A DNA stretch of 64,000 nucleotides from Hydrolagus colliei (lineage: Eukaryota), in NCBI GenBank assembly GCA_035084275.1, contig CM068746.1, positions 39,432,001-39,496,000 on the forward strand, given 5' to 3'. Below, piece after piece: positions 37,912-49,255 of the stretch. Numbering within the stretch: the stretch's first letter is position 1; every line of letters begins with the position of its first letter. The notes beneath the pieces are model-generated. The model was not told where the DNA came from, made no database searches, and saw nothing but the letters and a program-made list of their open reading frames with translations. The position numbers were made by a program, and so were the translations under genes.

Positions 37912-38010
37912 CTGACGAAAGGTAATTGACCTGAAACGTTAACCCACTTTCCTCTCTCCATAGATGCTGCCTGACCTTGCTGAGTATTCCCACCGATTCC
38001 TGTTTTTATT
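37912..38010 (+). mobile_element. Penelope-like element terminal fragment starting at a hammerhead motif
   Basis: CTGACGA..GAAACGTT...CCATAGATGCTGCCTGACC; homologous to 56120-56223, which is linked to a GIY-YIG peptide. Confidence 0.75.
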
Positions 38011-38469
38011 TCCCTTCTTTTTGTCGTATTTTCCAAAAGCATCATGACGCGGTGTGGTGTGCCTTAATTCAGCTCTGAATACTGAAATAGGAATAACTGG
38101 TGTGGGATTCATTAGAATACACATGCCCACAGCATGAATCTATATTTATCACAAACATTAACACACTGGAGCAACCGGAAACAAATTCATTAGGAGATAG
38201 ATGTACTCAAAGGAGAGCCAGTTTTACCACGCATGGAAAGAGATGAAATACGGTGAAACAGTCCTACCTCCCGTGTGCAAGGGATATTTGCCAATTTTTA
38301 GACTTTGGAATTGAATAACATTCACATTAAACTAGGCGTAAATGCCAAGAAAGAGAGCCTTGAGACATAATAGTACTAATCCTTGAATTTGATTCCACAT
38401 CAGGGGAACTTCAGCCTGGCTCATTGTGTAGGATGGCACTCATTGTTGGAAGTGACATCCTTCAGTTAA

Positions 38470-38787
38470 TAATAAGAAGAATAAGAATCCTTGCATTCGA
38501 TATAGCACTTTTCACATCCTCCAATCGTCTCAAAGTGCTTCATAGAATATACTTTCAAGTGAATTGATTGTATATTTGTGGGCGAGACACGGCAGCCAAT
38601 TGTGCACAGTAGTGTCCTACAAACAGTCGTGAATTAAAGTGACCAACTTATTATTGTTTTTTTCCTGAGAGTTTATTATCAAGTGTGTGGAACAAGGAAA
38701 CTTGCCGAAGGTTTCGCCCTGCCTGGAATGGAACCCAGGTCTCTCGCTTCAGAGGCAAGTACTCTAACCGCTGAGCTACAGGACTCC
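38470..38787 (-). mobile_element. Family B SINE, full-length, TSD GTTAA, nested in a family C SINE (~38410-39040, +)
   Basis: GTTAA at 38465-38469 and 38788-38792; head ends CTACAGGACTCC. Confidence 0.9.
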
Positions 38788-39054
38788 GTTAAATTTAACA
38801 TCCTGCCAGTCTGATCAGATGGACATTAAAAATCTCTCAATAATATTATCTGAAAAGAGAAAGAATGGAGTTTCTCCCAATGTCCTGACCAATATTCCTC
38901 CAAATAAAATTGGTCATTCAATGCATAGCTGTTTGCAGGCCATTGCTTTGGGCAAATTGGCGGTCACACTTGCGTACAAATACATTGAGATGTCCCAGTG
39001 ACTTGACAAAGTGCTGGATCAGATGCAGCAATTGTTATTAATACTATTATCAGT

Positions 39055-39168
39055 AGCAACTTGGCTGAGGTCAGCTTCTTCAGAGGAGAGCAGGACTTGA
39101 ACCTGTGACCACATGCGCATTGCTTAGCCCTGTACAAAGCGATGCCTTCACCCTTTGCTCCATAAGGG
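39055..39168 (-). mobile_element. AmnSINE2-like ancient SINE head
   Basis: Reverse GGTCACAGGTTCAAGTCCTGCTCTCCTCTGAAGAAGCTGACCTCAGCC resembles the AmnSINE2 5' region as I recall it (GGTCCCAGGTTCGATCCCTGGTCTGTGCTGAGTTAGCTGATCTCAGCC). Confidence 0.5.
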
Positions 39169-40299
39169 AGACACTCAATAGCATGTGGAAAGTAATTGTA
39201 ATGACACTCCAGCATTCAAACTACTGAAGTCTTCATTCGATAAGCAGTCAGCTAAAAATAATTAGCTCCGTTGCTGTGGCAACCATCCATTCGATCCTTT
39301 CCGTCTTCCCATTACCCAAGTTGCTCAGAGTCAACAAATAAACAGTGGACAAAACTCGCGTGTCCTGAACTATACAGTTCGGGTTTGTTAATCTGTCGAG
39401 TTATTGCCCTTAGAAATCACTAACTGTCTGACTCCACACATGAGCCTCATAGAATGGCAACAGGACCAATTGAAAGGAGGATAAATCCACCAGTATTTGA
39501 ACGTCGGATCCAAAGGACATCACCTCTGAACAATGCAGCATTCCCCCAGTACTGCAATGGATTATCAGCCTAGACCACTTAAATTCAAAGTTCCAATGTG
39601 CAACCCTCCGACTCCGAGGCGAACGCACCAATGTCTGAGCCAGTCTGATACGACAATTAAATATTATCACGAGGGCTTATCAATCGAAACAACATCAAAA
39701 CACCCCCCCCACCCCACCCCGTCTCACTTTCTTGTATTGGGCTCAGCCAAACAGTCACGTAAAGCAATCATTACGGGAGGAAGATGGATGGAGAGACGTT
39801 TGTTTCAAAAATCTTTATTTGAATTCTATTGCGCATCTGTGGAAATGAGTGGCGTGATGTATGCCTCCACTGGGAGAAGACCTGCATTAGGGCTGAAGAA
39901 TCCCATGACATTGCAGACTTCACTTTGTAATAGTCCCGTAAAAATCATGTAATGCAAGGTAATGGATTTGGCTAATGACATCATTACCATCAATGCAGAA
40001 CCTGCCAGCGCAGCACAATTTGTCTGCTCGCAGTCAGTCCGTGTTAACCCTTTGTCGACCCGGGTTCTGATCGTGAAAAGTGTTGAAGGGAGAGAAAGGT
40101 CTGAATCACAGTCTCAAATCACTCCTCTCGTTGTTTCTTACAGACTCTTTCTTGAGTCCCCAAGCCTTGGTTCTGCTTAGAGTGCTCTGGGACACGACCT
40201 TGCGTTACTGGTGCTATATAAATGCAAGTTTTTGTTATTGTTGCCAACCAGTAGTTAATACTCATCAGAATTAGGCAAGCAGGGTGCGTTCCTCCAGGG

Positions 40300-40458
40300 A
40301 GAGAGTGTGTATTCCATTCCAGATACATGTACAAGGAAATTTCCACGTGTAGGTGGTAATACACGTATAAAACTCTCAGTCTGGTTTGAATACTCTTAAC
40401 TATTGTGATGATGCAATTCCACAAGTATCAGAAACCCGGTTGACCAAACACAATATAG
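40300..40458 (-). repeat. Unassigned dispersed repeat, copy 3
   Basis: Reverse GGTCAACCGGGTTTCTGATAC...TTAAGAGTATTCAAACCAGACTGAGAG...CCACCTACAC...GGAATGGAATACACACTCTC. Confidence 0.65.
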
Positions 40459-42114
40459 AAACGGAGAAAGCACAGAAGGAGGCCATTCAGCCCATTGAAA
40501 TTCACCTTCATGTGTGGAACTCTCCATCTGGTTTCTGTCTATGTTAGCCACAGGTGAAGGTTACCTACAAAATACTTAGTCTCTGCACCTCACAGTAAAT
40601 CCTGTGAAGAGCTTTAAGATGTCCGTCTGACATGAAAGGCAATATATCAAACCAATGATTACTTTTTATGTTTAGGAGGCTGGTCAGGGGAAACATTCCA
40701 TTGAGTATGTTGCTTTCGTTCACTAATTCACTCCAATTTCTATCAAGTTAAGACTATTTTCCAAACTCTTTGCCCATATCCTCCAATATCTATATTGCAA
40801 TAATGATCATTACATTTGGTACCAGGTTAAGAACTTTCTCTGTACAGTGTAGTGAATGTGTAGTTTGTAGGTGAAGGCAGCAGTCAACTTGTGACAGCAA
40901 AATTCCCCCACAAATAGCCATGAAGTGAATGACCAATTTCATCTAGAAGACTGTTGGTTGAGAATCAAAGAGAAACTCCACTCTCAGTCCCTCACTCACT
41001 CTTTCTCTCTCCCACCTCCACTTCCTCTACTTTAGATCAATTCAAGTCCACAGAACAATAAAAGGTTAACAAAGAGTTATACTGTATTTTCTTTGTTTCT
41101 GCCTAATATTATTCATTGCCATTCATGCATAGGATGGAAACATGAATGTTTGTCCATGGGTGGTTACCCAATGACACATAGAAGCATGAATAAGTAAAAA
41201 GGAGAGTGATTGATAAGCAGCTCTGTAGTTTGACTGAGAGGATTAAAGACTTTAAAATGGAATGTAAAATCTCACTGAAAGTCAGGTGTCAAGTTCAAAG
41301 TCTATGTCAAATCCTCTGTTAGCTTCATGAGGTTCTCTCTGACAATGGAGCTTTTTGAAAACATGCAAGCAATTGATTCCTCAGAATGTAGTTTTTGCCT
41401 TTGACTACAATGCACAAGTAGGAATCAGGCAAGAGTTTCACTTTAATGTTGACTTTAATCGAATTCACAAAAGGTGCAGAGCCCACTCGCTCTGAGGGCC
41501 TCCCATTTTTCATAGCACAGTGACTCAATCGGCAGCACCTCTCACCTCTGAGGCAGAAGATTAAAAGTTGAAGCCCCACTCCAATGCAGTGGTGATGAAA
41601 AATAAAGCTAAGGTCCCATCTGTCTGTTCAGGTGGACATCAATGACCCTGTGTCGCGAGCTGAAAAAATAAGTGAATCTCTCCCGGTGTCATGGCCAACA
41701 AAACCCCGGATAAAATTGATCACTCACTCGATAGCTGTTTGTGGGACATTTGCTGTGTCCAAAATTGGTCACTGCATTCATTCACAAACACACAGACAAT
41801 GCACTTCTCAGTAAAAATATATGAAGCGTCATGAGTCAGTTTGGCGATGTGATAAGCCGTTGTGTCAAAATCAAGGATTATTAATATAAGTGATTCCAAG
41901 ATGCTACCCCATGTAAAGCACACTATATACAGTAAACGCAAGTTGTTGTGGTTGAATTTCTAACCCACACATTTGTGAGTGAAGCGAGCGTGTCATTTAA
42001 ATATATTGTAAAAATAGACACAAATGAATGAGGTTCTTGAAGTTTCATTTCCTTAAAGGAATCACACAGATTATCCATTTTTATTGAGGTTAAACCAATA
42101 TTCTATTTTGGAAT

Positions 42115-42368
42115 ATAATAATAAGAATAAGAATAATCCTTGCATTTGTTATAGCACTTTTCACGCCTTCTAGACATCTCAAAGCGCTTTACAGAATATA
42201 CTGTAAAGTGAATTGACTGTATACAGTGTATATGTGGGCAAAACACGGCAGCCAATTGCACACAGCAGCGTCCCACAAAACAGTCATGGATTGAAAATGA
42301 CCAATTTATTATTGTTTGTATTTTTGAGGGATTATTATTAGGCGCGTGGAGTAAGGAAACTTGCCCAA
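42115..42368 (-). mobile_element. Family B SINE, 5'-truncated
   Basis: Reverse tail through GGAGTAAGGAAACTTGCCCAA. Confidence 0.85.
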
Positions 42369-43344
42369 AATATAGATTGTAAGGAAAGGAAACTTGCCCA
42401 AAATATAGGTATTGTCCAATACCTGGAGCATTACATGTAAGCCACAAGCACACAGGTTCAGAATTGTGAAGGGCTATTTAATACATACATTTGGAAGTAT
42501 TTCTTTACGCAGGTGGTTGGGGTTGGAACTTTGGATTCATCAGAGTCAGTTTGAATTCTGCATGAGAATGAATAATCCAAATGGCTTTCTTTGTCTAAAC
42601 TTTCCTTGTGATCGTGGTGCTGGGCTAAACTCTCATCTCAACTTGCACATCTACAAGCAAATAGCACAGGATACAGTGGGTGGGAGGCCTTTAGTTTGTG
42701 GATTCCAGGGACGTTGCTTTGATGCATATGAGGACCAATCGCAAAGCAGCCTGTATCACAGAGACAATGACACTTGCTGTTAATCACACACAAAATTATC
42801 AGGCAGTGGCAAAACAAGCAGCCAATGGAGTCAATGCTTGGCAGCTCTTTGCTTTTACAGAGGGACTGAATCGGGAGACATGTTTGGCGAACCATAAATA
42901 AAATATTGCAATTACAAAGACCATTAGCAGCATCCTTTCATAATTATTCATTAATATTTCCACTACCTTTACACTGTCTCAGTCTCGGATGCAATAGGTT
43001 AGATTTTTTTTCCCCACACCCACCCCCCGCTCCACTCTAAGAAATGGGTGTTTGTAAGTGACAAAGTATTGTGCCGATTTGCTGTCAGGGAGATGTTGAG
43101 ATGTAATGGTTTTCCCAAAAAGGCTGCTAATGGGTTTAATGGTCCGATGAAACAGGAAGTAGGAAGGGCAAGGAGTACCATTATCCTCAGTGTTGAGATG
43201 AGCATGAAAGAGCTAATGGACTCTTACTCCTAAGTGCTCCCTACAGGGTGAAGTACAGTACTTTGGTTCACTAACTGTGTGAGAGAACCATCCTTGACGA
43301 GAATGTCAGAATTGCCAACTTGCAGAACAAGCCTTCTGTAGAAT

Positions 43345-43657
43345 GCTACAGGACTCCAGGACTATTCGAATCCTAGGCAGGCAGAATCCTTAGGCATGTT
43401 TCCTTACTCCACTCGCCACTGTTTACCTAGCGGTAAGTAGGAACCCGGTTGTCAGTCAATTGGTGGATCACTTTCCTGGTGTAATAATAATCCCTTTTTT
43501 TAAAAAAAATGTGGTCACTCAATCCACAACTGTTTGTGGGACATCATTTGTTTCACCCACAAAATGTGCAGTCAGTCCACTTTACAATATATTCTGTGAA
43601 GCGCTTTGAGACATCGCAAAGACACGCAAAGACATGCAAGGATTATTATTATTATTG
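43345..43657 (+). mobile_element. Family A SINE with an inverted 5' tip
   Basis: GCTACAGGACTCC (reverse complement of the head start) precedes TTCGAATCC and the sense body. Confidence 0.8.
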
Positions 43658-44194
43658 CTGCAGTCTGCATTGTTCACCATTTCTGCTCCCCCACTTTCCC
43701 ACACACGTAAAGGACTGAAGTATAGTTCATCAGAATTTCTCTGGGAAGAGTGTGGGAGCAATCCCTTAACCTACCAACTCTGTATTGAGCATCTGTACAA
43801 ATACTAAAAATATAGGGGCAATTTCTTATCAGAAATCAAAGATATGATATGCCTTACTTCATCCTCTACCCAACACTTGCATTTACGTTTGCCCACAAAA
43901 TACAATCAATTCATTTAACAATATATTCTGCGAAGTACCTTGGGAAATCTGAGTGACGTGATGAGGTGCTATATTAAATACAATGATTATTATTCCTCTT
44001 GAATCCAAGATGGTAGAGGGAGCTCGGCGGTTCATGATAAGTAGCATGAACAGAGCTATTCATTCCCCAGAAATGAATAAGGAGTGAAGGACATGAAACT
44101 AGTGTTCAACTTGAATAGGATTTATTGTGCTTCAACCACAGAGAGCATTACTGAGCCAAAGTTGCTTTCAGTAACACCTTCCTTTATGTCTATA

Positions 44195-44510
44195 GCAAGA
44201 GACCTGGGTTTCATTCCCCGGCAGGACAAAAAGTTAGGTAAGTTTCCTAACTCCTCTGTTTACCTAGCAGTAAGAAGGAATCCGATTTTAGGCAGTCGCT
44301 TTTCTGGGGAGTAATAATTTCTTAAAAAATAATGTTAATAATAAATTGATCACTTCAATCCATGACTGTTTGTGGGACACTGTTGTGCACAATTTAAAAA
44401 AAATCACACAAAATTCACACACAAAATATACAGTCAATTCACATGTGAACCTCTTTGAGACATCTAGAAGATATAATAAGGCACTATTTGAAATGTAAGG
44501 ATAATTATTT
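44195..44510 (+). mobile_element. Family A SINE
   Basis: GCAAGAGACCTGGGTTTC...CTCTGTTTACCTAGCAGTAAG plus tail. Confidence 0.8.
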
Positions 44511-44529
44511 TCAGCCAATTTAGAACCTT

Positions 44530-44710
44530 TAATGCCTTGATATGATTCCCTCTTGGATGCCTCCTTTTAAGGCTGAAGAATCCTAGATTCCACAGTTACT
44601 CCTCATTCCTACAACACCGGGGATCAGCCCAGTTGTGCTGCCTGTAGGGTCTGAGTAGTCCTCTAATCTTGTGATGAACAGAGCTGTACACAGTGTTCCA
44701 GTGCGGCCTA
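44530..44710 (-). mobile_element. Old CR1 ORF2 fragment
   Basis: Reverse frames give RPHxxxCVQ-like and LGFFSLKRR-like CR1 motifs. Confidence 0.55.
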
Positions 44711-45839
44711 AGCAGAGCAAGAACAACAACTTGCAACAACAACAATCATTTACACATCGCCCTTCACATGGGATAGTGCCCTGAAGCACTGTGGAGCACA
44801 AACGTGACTGCACTAATGCCTCGTACGGATGTCATTCATGGCAGGGATGGCCAACAGACGAATAAAACAAGAATTTTAGCCCAACTTTGAAAGTGACCAG
44901 ATGCAACCTCGACTCTGCCCATCATAACTCTTACTGTGAAAGTGGTACATTTGCTAAAACCAGCTCGAAAGACTATTATTGTACAAAGGTGTGTCTCATA
45001 TAAACACTTCACGTTGACTCAGACAGTGGGCCTCTTCCCTCCCGAGTTGGAAGATTTGAGATCCTTGAAGGGAAATGGCAATTTTTTAAAATCTGCTGTA
45101 CTGTTGCCCAGGACAGCTGAGTGGAAACTCCCTTCTCATTTCTGACTAGAGCCATGGGATCCTTCTGAACAAGCAGATGGGGTGGGAAGGTCTAGGTTTA
45201 ACTTTTCATCCGAACTACGGCACTTCAGAAACTGCAGTGAATCAGCCCAGAATGTATGAGTTCAAGGTCCCGATGTGCGGCTTAAACCCACGACCTTCTG
45301 ATTCAGATACCGATTTAGCCAGGCTGACACCTAGATCTAGGAACCATGGAAGCATGTAACATGAGTTCTAACCTCAAATCAGTTTGAAAGCTACTTATGT
45401 TCAAAATCCTTTCCCTCCAATGCTCTCAGATAAGACACAAAAGCGGGTCAATGAACGGTCAATCTATCTGACTCTTGATGCACAACTGAGGCACCTTGGA
45501 TGACAGGGCTTCAAGAGGCGGTGTGGCTAAATGCCAGTGAAGTGAGATGTAGTTTAATGTGGTTTGGCACAGTGAAGGGGAGGCGATATTCTGCCACAGA
45601 GCCTGCCCCCTCTCATTCTACTCACTCATCATCAGTGTCAACAGTTCTTCTTGAGAAAAAAAATCTGTGAGGATGTATTAGATTCACTGTTAAGCTTTTC
45701 TGCAAAGGGTTATAGCTCTTCAGTGATTTAAGAATGAGGGGAGGAAACAGTACCAACTTTTTTTTGTGTGTCAGCTTGGCTCACTTTAGAGCATTTGAGT
45801 TTCTGAGTCAGAAGACAGTGGGATTGAACGCCACATCAA

Positions 45840-46110
45840 GTCTCCCACGGCCTTGCTCACCCCTACTTCTGTAACCTTCCTCTGCTCAGCAGACTTTGGC
45901 CTGCTCCACGTTCCTTGCCCTTCCCACCCCACCCTCCATGGTTAGGCATCAGCCTTTCTGCCCTCACCCTTTGGAACTCCATTCCACAGTACCTTCACCT
46001 CTCCTCTTCCCTCCCTTCTTTAAAGCCCCTCTCAAGATCTTCCTCTTAGATCATGCCTTTGGTCACCCTCCTACCCCCACCCTCCCTGCCCTACACCCTT
46101 TCTCTTTGTA
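45840..46110 (+). mobile_element. L2 LINE 3' fragment
   Basis: KSPHGLA...LWNS...FKAPLKIFLLDHAFG-like peptide. Confidence 0.75.
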
Positions 46111-46114
46111 ACTA

Positions 46115-46326
46115 GTACCATGGGATCTTTAAAACCCACCTGAACAGGCGGTTCGGACTTCAGTTTTAACTTCTCATTGGAAGGATGTCACCTACGACCA
46201 GGCAACAAACCCACCATACTGACCTGGAGTATCATCTTAGACTAAATGGCTTCCAAGTCTTGACGTGAATTGGCAACCTTCTGACTCAGAGGTGAGAAGT
46301 GCAACCGACTAAGCTAAGCTGACACA
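46115..46326 (-). mobile_element. Family C SINE 5' half
   Basis: CCATGGGATCTTTAA..CACCTGAACAGG through AAGCTGACAC. Confidence 0.8.
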
Positions 46327-47699
46327 AGTTTGTTGCAAAAGATCAAAAGAACTTGGTTAGTGGTGAACGGAAATTTATAATATCACCTTGATCTTTACCC
46401 CTGAATCATTGACTCAGATCCTGGCAAAAACACAGAGAAAGGACATTATATCACCATTTATATTAAAAAAACAGCCATACCAGTTTGGGTGTGGAAAGCC
46501 GTTGAAACACATTCCAAAACAGCCCGAGGATGTTTTGAGATGATAGTGAGCTTTTGTTTAGCTTTCAGCGTTTGAAGCATTGGCCCACAATTAAGATGCT
46601 ATCGCAGGAATTTTAAATACAGGAAATCTGTTGTTTGGTAAAATGTATATTTATCTTTTTTTTCACAAAAAGAAACCACAGTTTCGGATTAATTTAACCC
46701 CGGTGAATCTTTGGTGTGCTTTTAACGGGCCTGTAAAGTCCTGTTCTGAAAAGGAGGAGGTTGCATTTTTTGTATGCAACAAAACATCTCAAAGCATTAA
46801 TTTGCGGTGACCATTGTCAAGTGTACTGAAGTTCATGTCAAGTTTATTTATTTTTTGTCTCCGTTGCTCTGGTGAGTGTCGCTTCTGCTCATCTTTCGAC
46901 ACCTGGGTGACCCCTGTTTTAACGTGGCTCAGTTTAACAAAGGCCCGATTGGAAAATGCACATAACTGTGTACGTGGCCTGCAATACACAGGAAGTGACA
47001 TCAACCAAGACCCGACAACCAGGAAGTACTGACCAGTTGGTGGCCAATTTTGTTACAAACATACGTACGGCCATGGAGCGTATGACTAATTTTATTTGGG
47101 GAATTGTTGGGCAGGATATATGAATCACCAAGGATTATTTGTCTTATTGACAATGTCCCCCAAGCTCGGGTCCTGACCCCTAACTGTTCAGCACCTTGGG
47201 AAGTCCTCCCGATGTGAAAGGAGCTCTACAAATGTAATTTTGTTGCGTGGCTGTTGTTATTGAAGTGCTAGCAGCTGAGCCAGGTGGCTGACAAATCTTC
47301 CAAATAAAGTTTGGGAGCCAAGTTGGCATGGCACTGTTACCTTTATCCCAACATAGAGCGGGCAGGTTGAAGCAGGGACACGTTTACATATAATTTCTTC
47401 CATCTCTGCTTTTCTTCAGCACCTTGGGAAGTCGTCCAGACTTGAAAAGTGTTATTTTTAAAAAAGGTAATTTTGTATTTGTTCAAACCACACCTGTTGA
47501 ATATTACAGGTAATAAATGGATGTATAACAGATGTATAAGAGACAATGCAAATAGTATGAAATGGTAGAATGTTAATCACCCCTGACAGTGTGGATGGAG
47601 CTTAGAAATCTGAGAGCAGGCATTGTGATAATTAATTTAGTTTAACCATGAAGGAATGTTCTGCAGATTGAAACTGAACGGTGCTCAGCTAACACAGAC

Positions 47700-47825
47700 G
47701 TGCTTTAAGTCTTTCTCGGAATCCATCTCACCATCGATGCTTTTTGCTTCGACCACAGTTACCAGCAGTGTGTTCCATATTCTCACCACCCCCTCTCTGA
47801 AGAGGTTCTTTCTAAACTCTATTTT
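47700..47825 (-). mobile_element. CR1 ORF2 C-terminal fragment
   Basis: Reverse FRKNLFREGVVRIWNTLLVTVVEAKSI. Confidence 0.6.
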
Positions 47826-48709
47826 AGATATAACTCACCAAAAAATGGAAACAGCTTTCGTCTCCCTCACCTCACCTTGCTGAGCGCTAAACTTTGCAAG
47901 AAAAATAATAAAACTTTGAAACACCTAAGATCTCCTGCCGCACTTTACCACCAACGCTAGTGTCGATAATATAATGAGAATTACAATAAGAACCATTGCT
48001 ACTGTTTGCTTTCCCTCAGGAACATTCACCAGCGTGAAGGAACACAGGGAACTTAATTACGAAACAATTGAATAAGGTTCTTAAATTATTCAACGCTTTT
48101 TCATACTCATCAAGGTGAGAGATGCAAAATACCAAATCCTCTGAAGCAGTTTGTGAGACATCCTCCCGAAGTGAAAGTTGTTACATCAAATGAAAGGATT
48201 ATTACCTTATTTTAAAGAATTGCACATGCTTGGCTTGAAAATAATACTTTTGTGGGTTTACGTGTTGGCATTTAATATCACAATAATGTTAATGATGATA
48301 AGAATCCTTGCAGCTAATATAGTGACTACTCACCTCATTGAAACATCTCAAAGCATTTCATAGGATACTGTATACCATAAAGCAAATTGACTGTAATTTT
48401 GTGGGCGAAACGTGGCAGTTAGTTGAGACGCCATCCGGCGTGGAGGGCACTATATAAATCGAAGTTGTTGTTCTTGTTGTGCACAGCATTGACTTATCCC
48501 CCAAATGGAGTGAGTGATCAATTTTATTTTGGGGATTGCTGGCCAGTATCTCACTGGGCAAGAGATACAGACTTCTTTTTTCGAATAATGTCAAGGGATC
48601 TTTAACTTCTATCTGAGGATGTAAATGGCATCTCAGATTAAAGGTACTGTACCTCCAACAATGCAACACGGTCTCCACCCACAGCACTGCATTGAAATGT
48701 CAGTTTATA

Positions 48710-49012
48710 TAGTAATAATAATAGTCCTTGCATTTGATATAGCGCTTTTCACATCTTATCAACATCTCAAAGCCCTTCATAGAAGACACTGTATATTGAC
48801 TGTATATTTGTGGGCGAAATGTGGCAGCGTCCCACAAACAGTCGGGGATTGAAATGACCAATTTTTATTATAGTGTTTTTTTTGGACAGATTATTATTAG
48901 GAGTGTGGAGTAAGGAAACTTGCCCAAGGTTTTGCCCTGGTCTGCCTGGATTCGAACACGGGTCTCACGCTTGAAAGGCGAGCGCTCTGACCGCTGAGCT
49001 GCAGGAGCTCCA
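48710..49012 (-). mobile_element. Family B SINE nested in a family C SINE (~48295-49050)
   Basis: Same subfamily centre as 16567/27225 but without the 14-nt duplication. Confidence 0.85.
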
Positions 49013-49094
49013 CTGTCAGAAAGACAGTGTTAGACTATGTGATTCCAAGTCCTAACATGGTACTTCAATCCACACCCTTCTGCACCAGGCTGAA

Positions 49095-49255
49095 ACACAC
49101 AACCCATTACCCAATCGACTAACAAACAGGTTCCCAGTTACACTAGGTAAACAGAGGTGTGTGGAGTAAGGAAAGCTGCTTAATGTTTTGCCGGAATCAA
49201 ACCCCGGTCCTCTCGCTTGCGAGCCGAGCGCGCTCACCGCTGCACGACGGGACAC
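49095..49255 (-). mobile_element. Family A SINE 5' half
   Basis: CTAGGTAAACAGAGG...CCCGGTCCTCTCGCTTGCGAG. Confidence 0.75.

Noticed and set aside
47184-47435. REST/RE1 sites TTCAGCACCTTGGGAAG (two copies)
   Set aside because: Left half only; the critical GGACAG is GGGAAG, and both are parts of L2 tails
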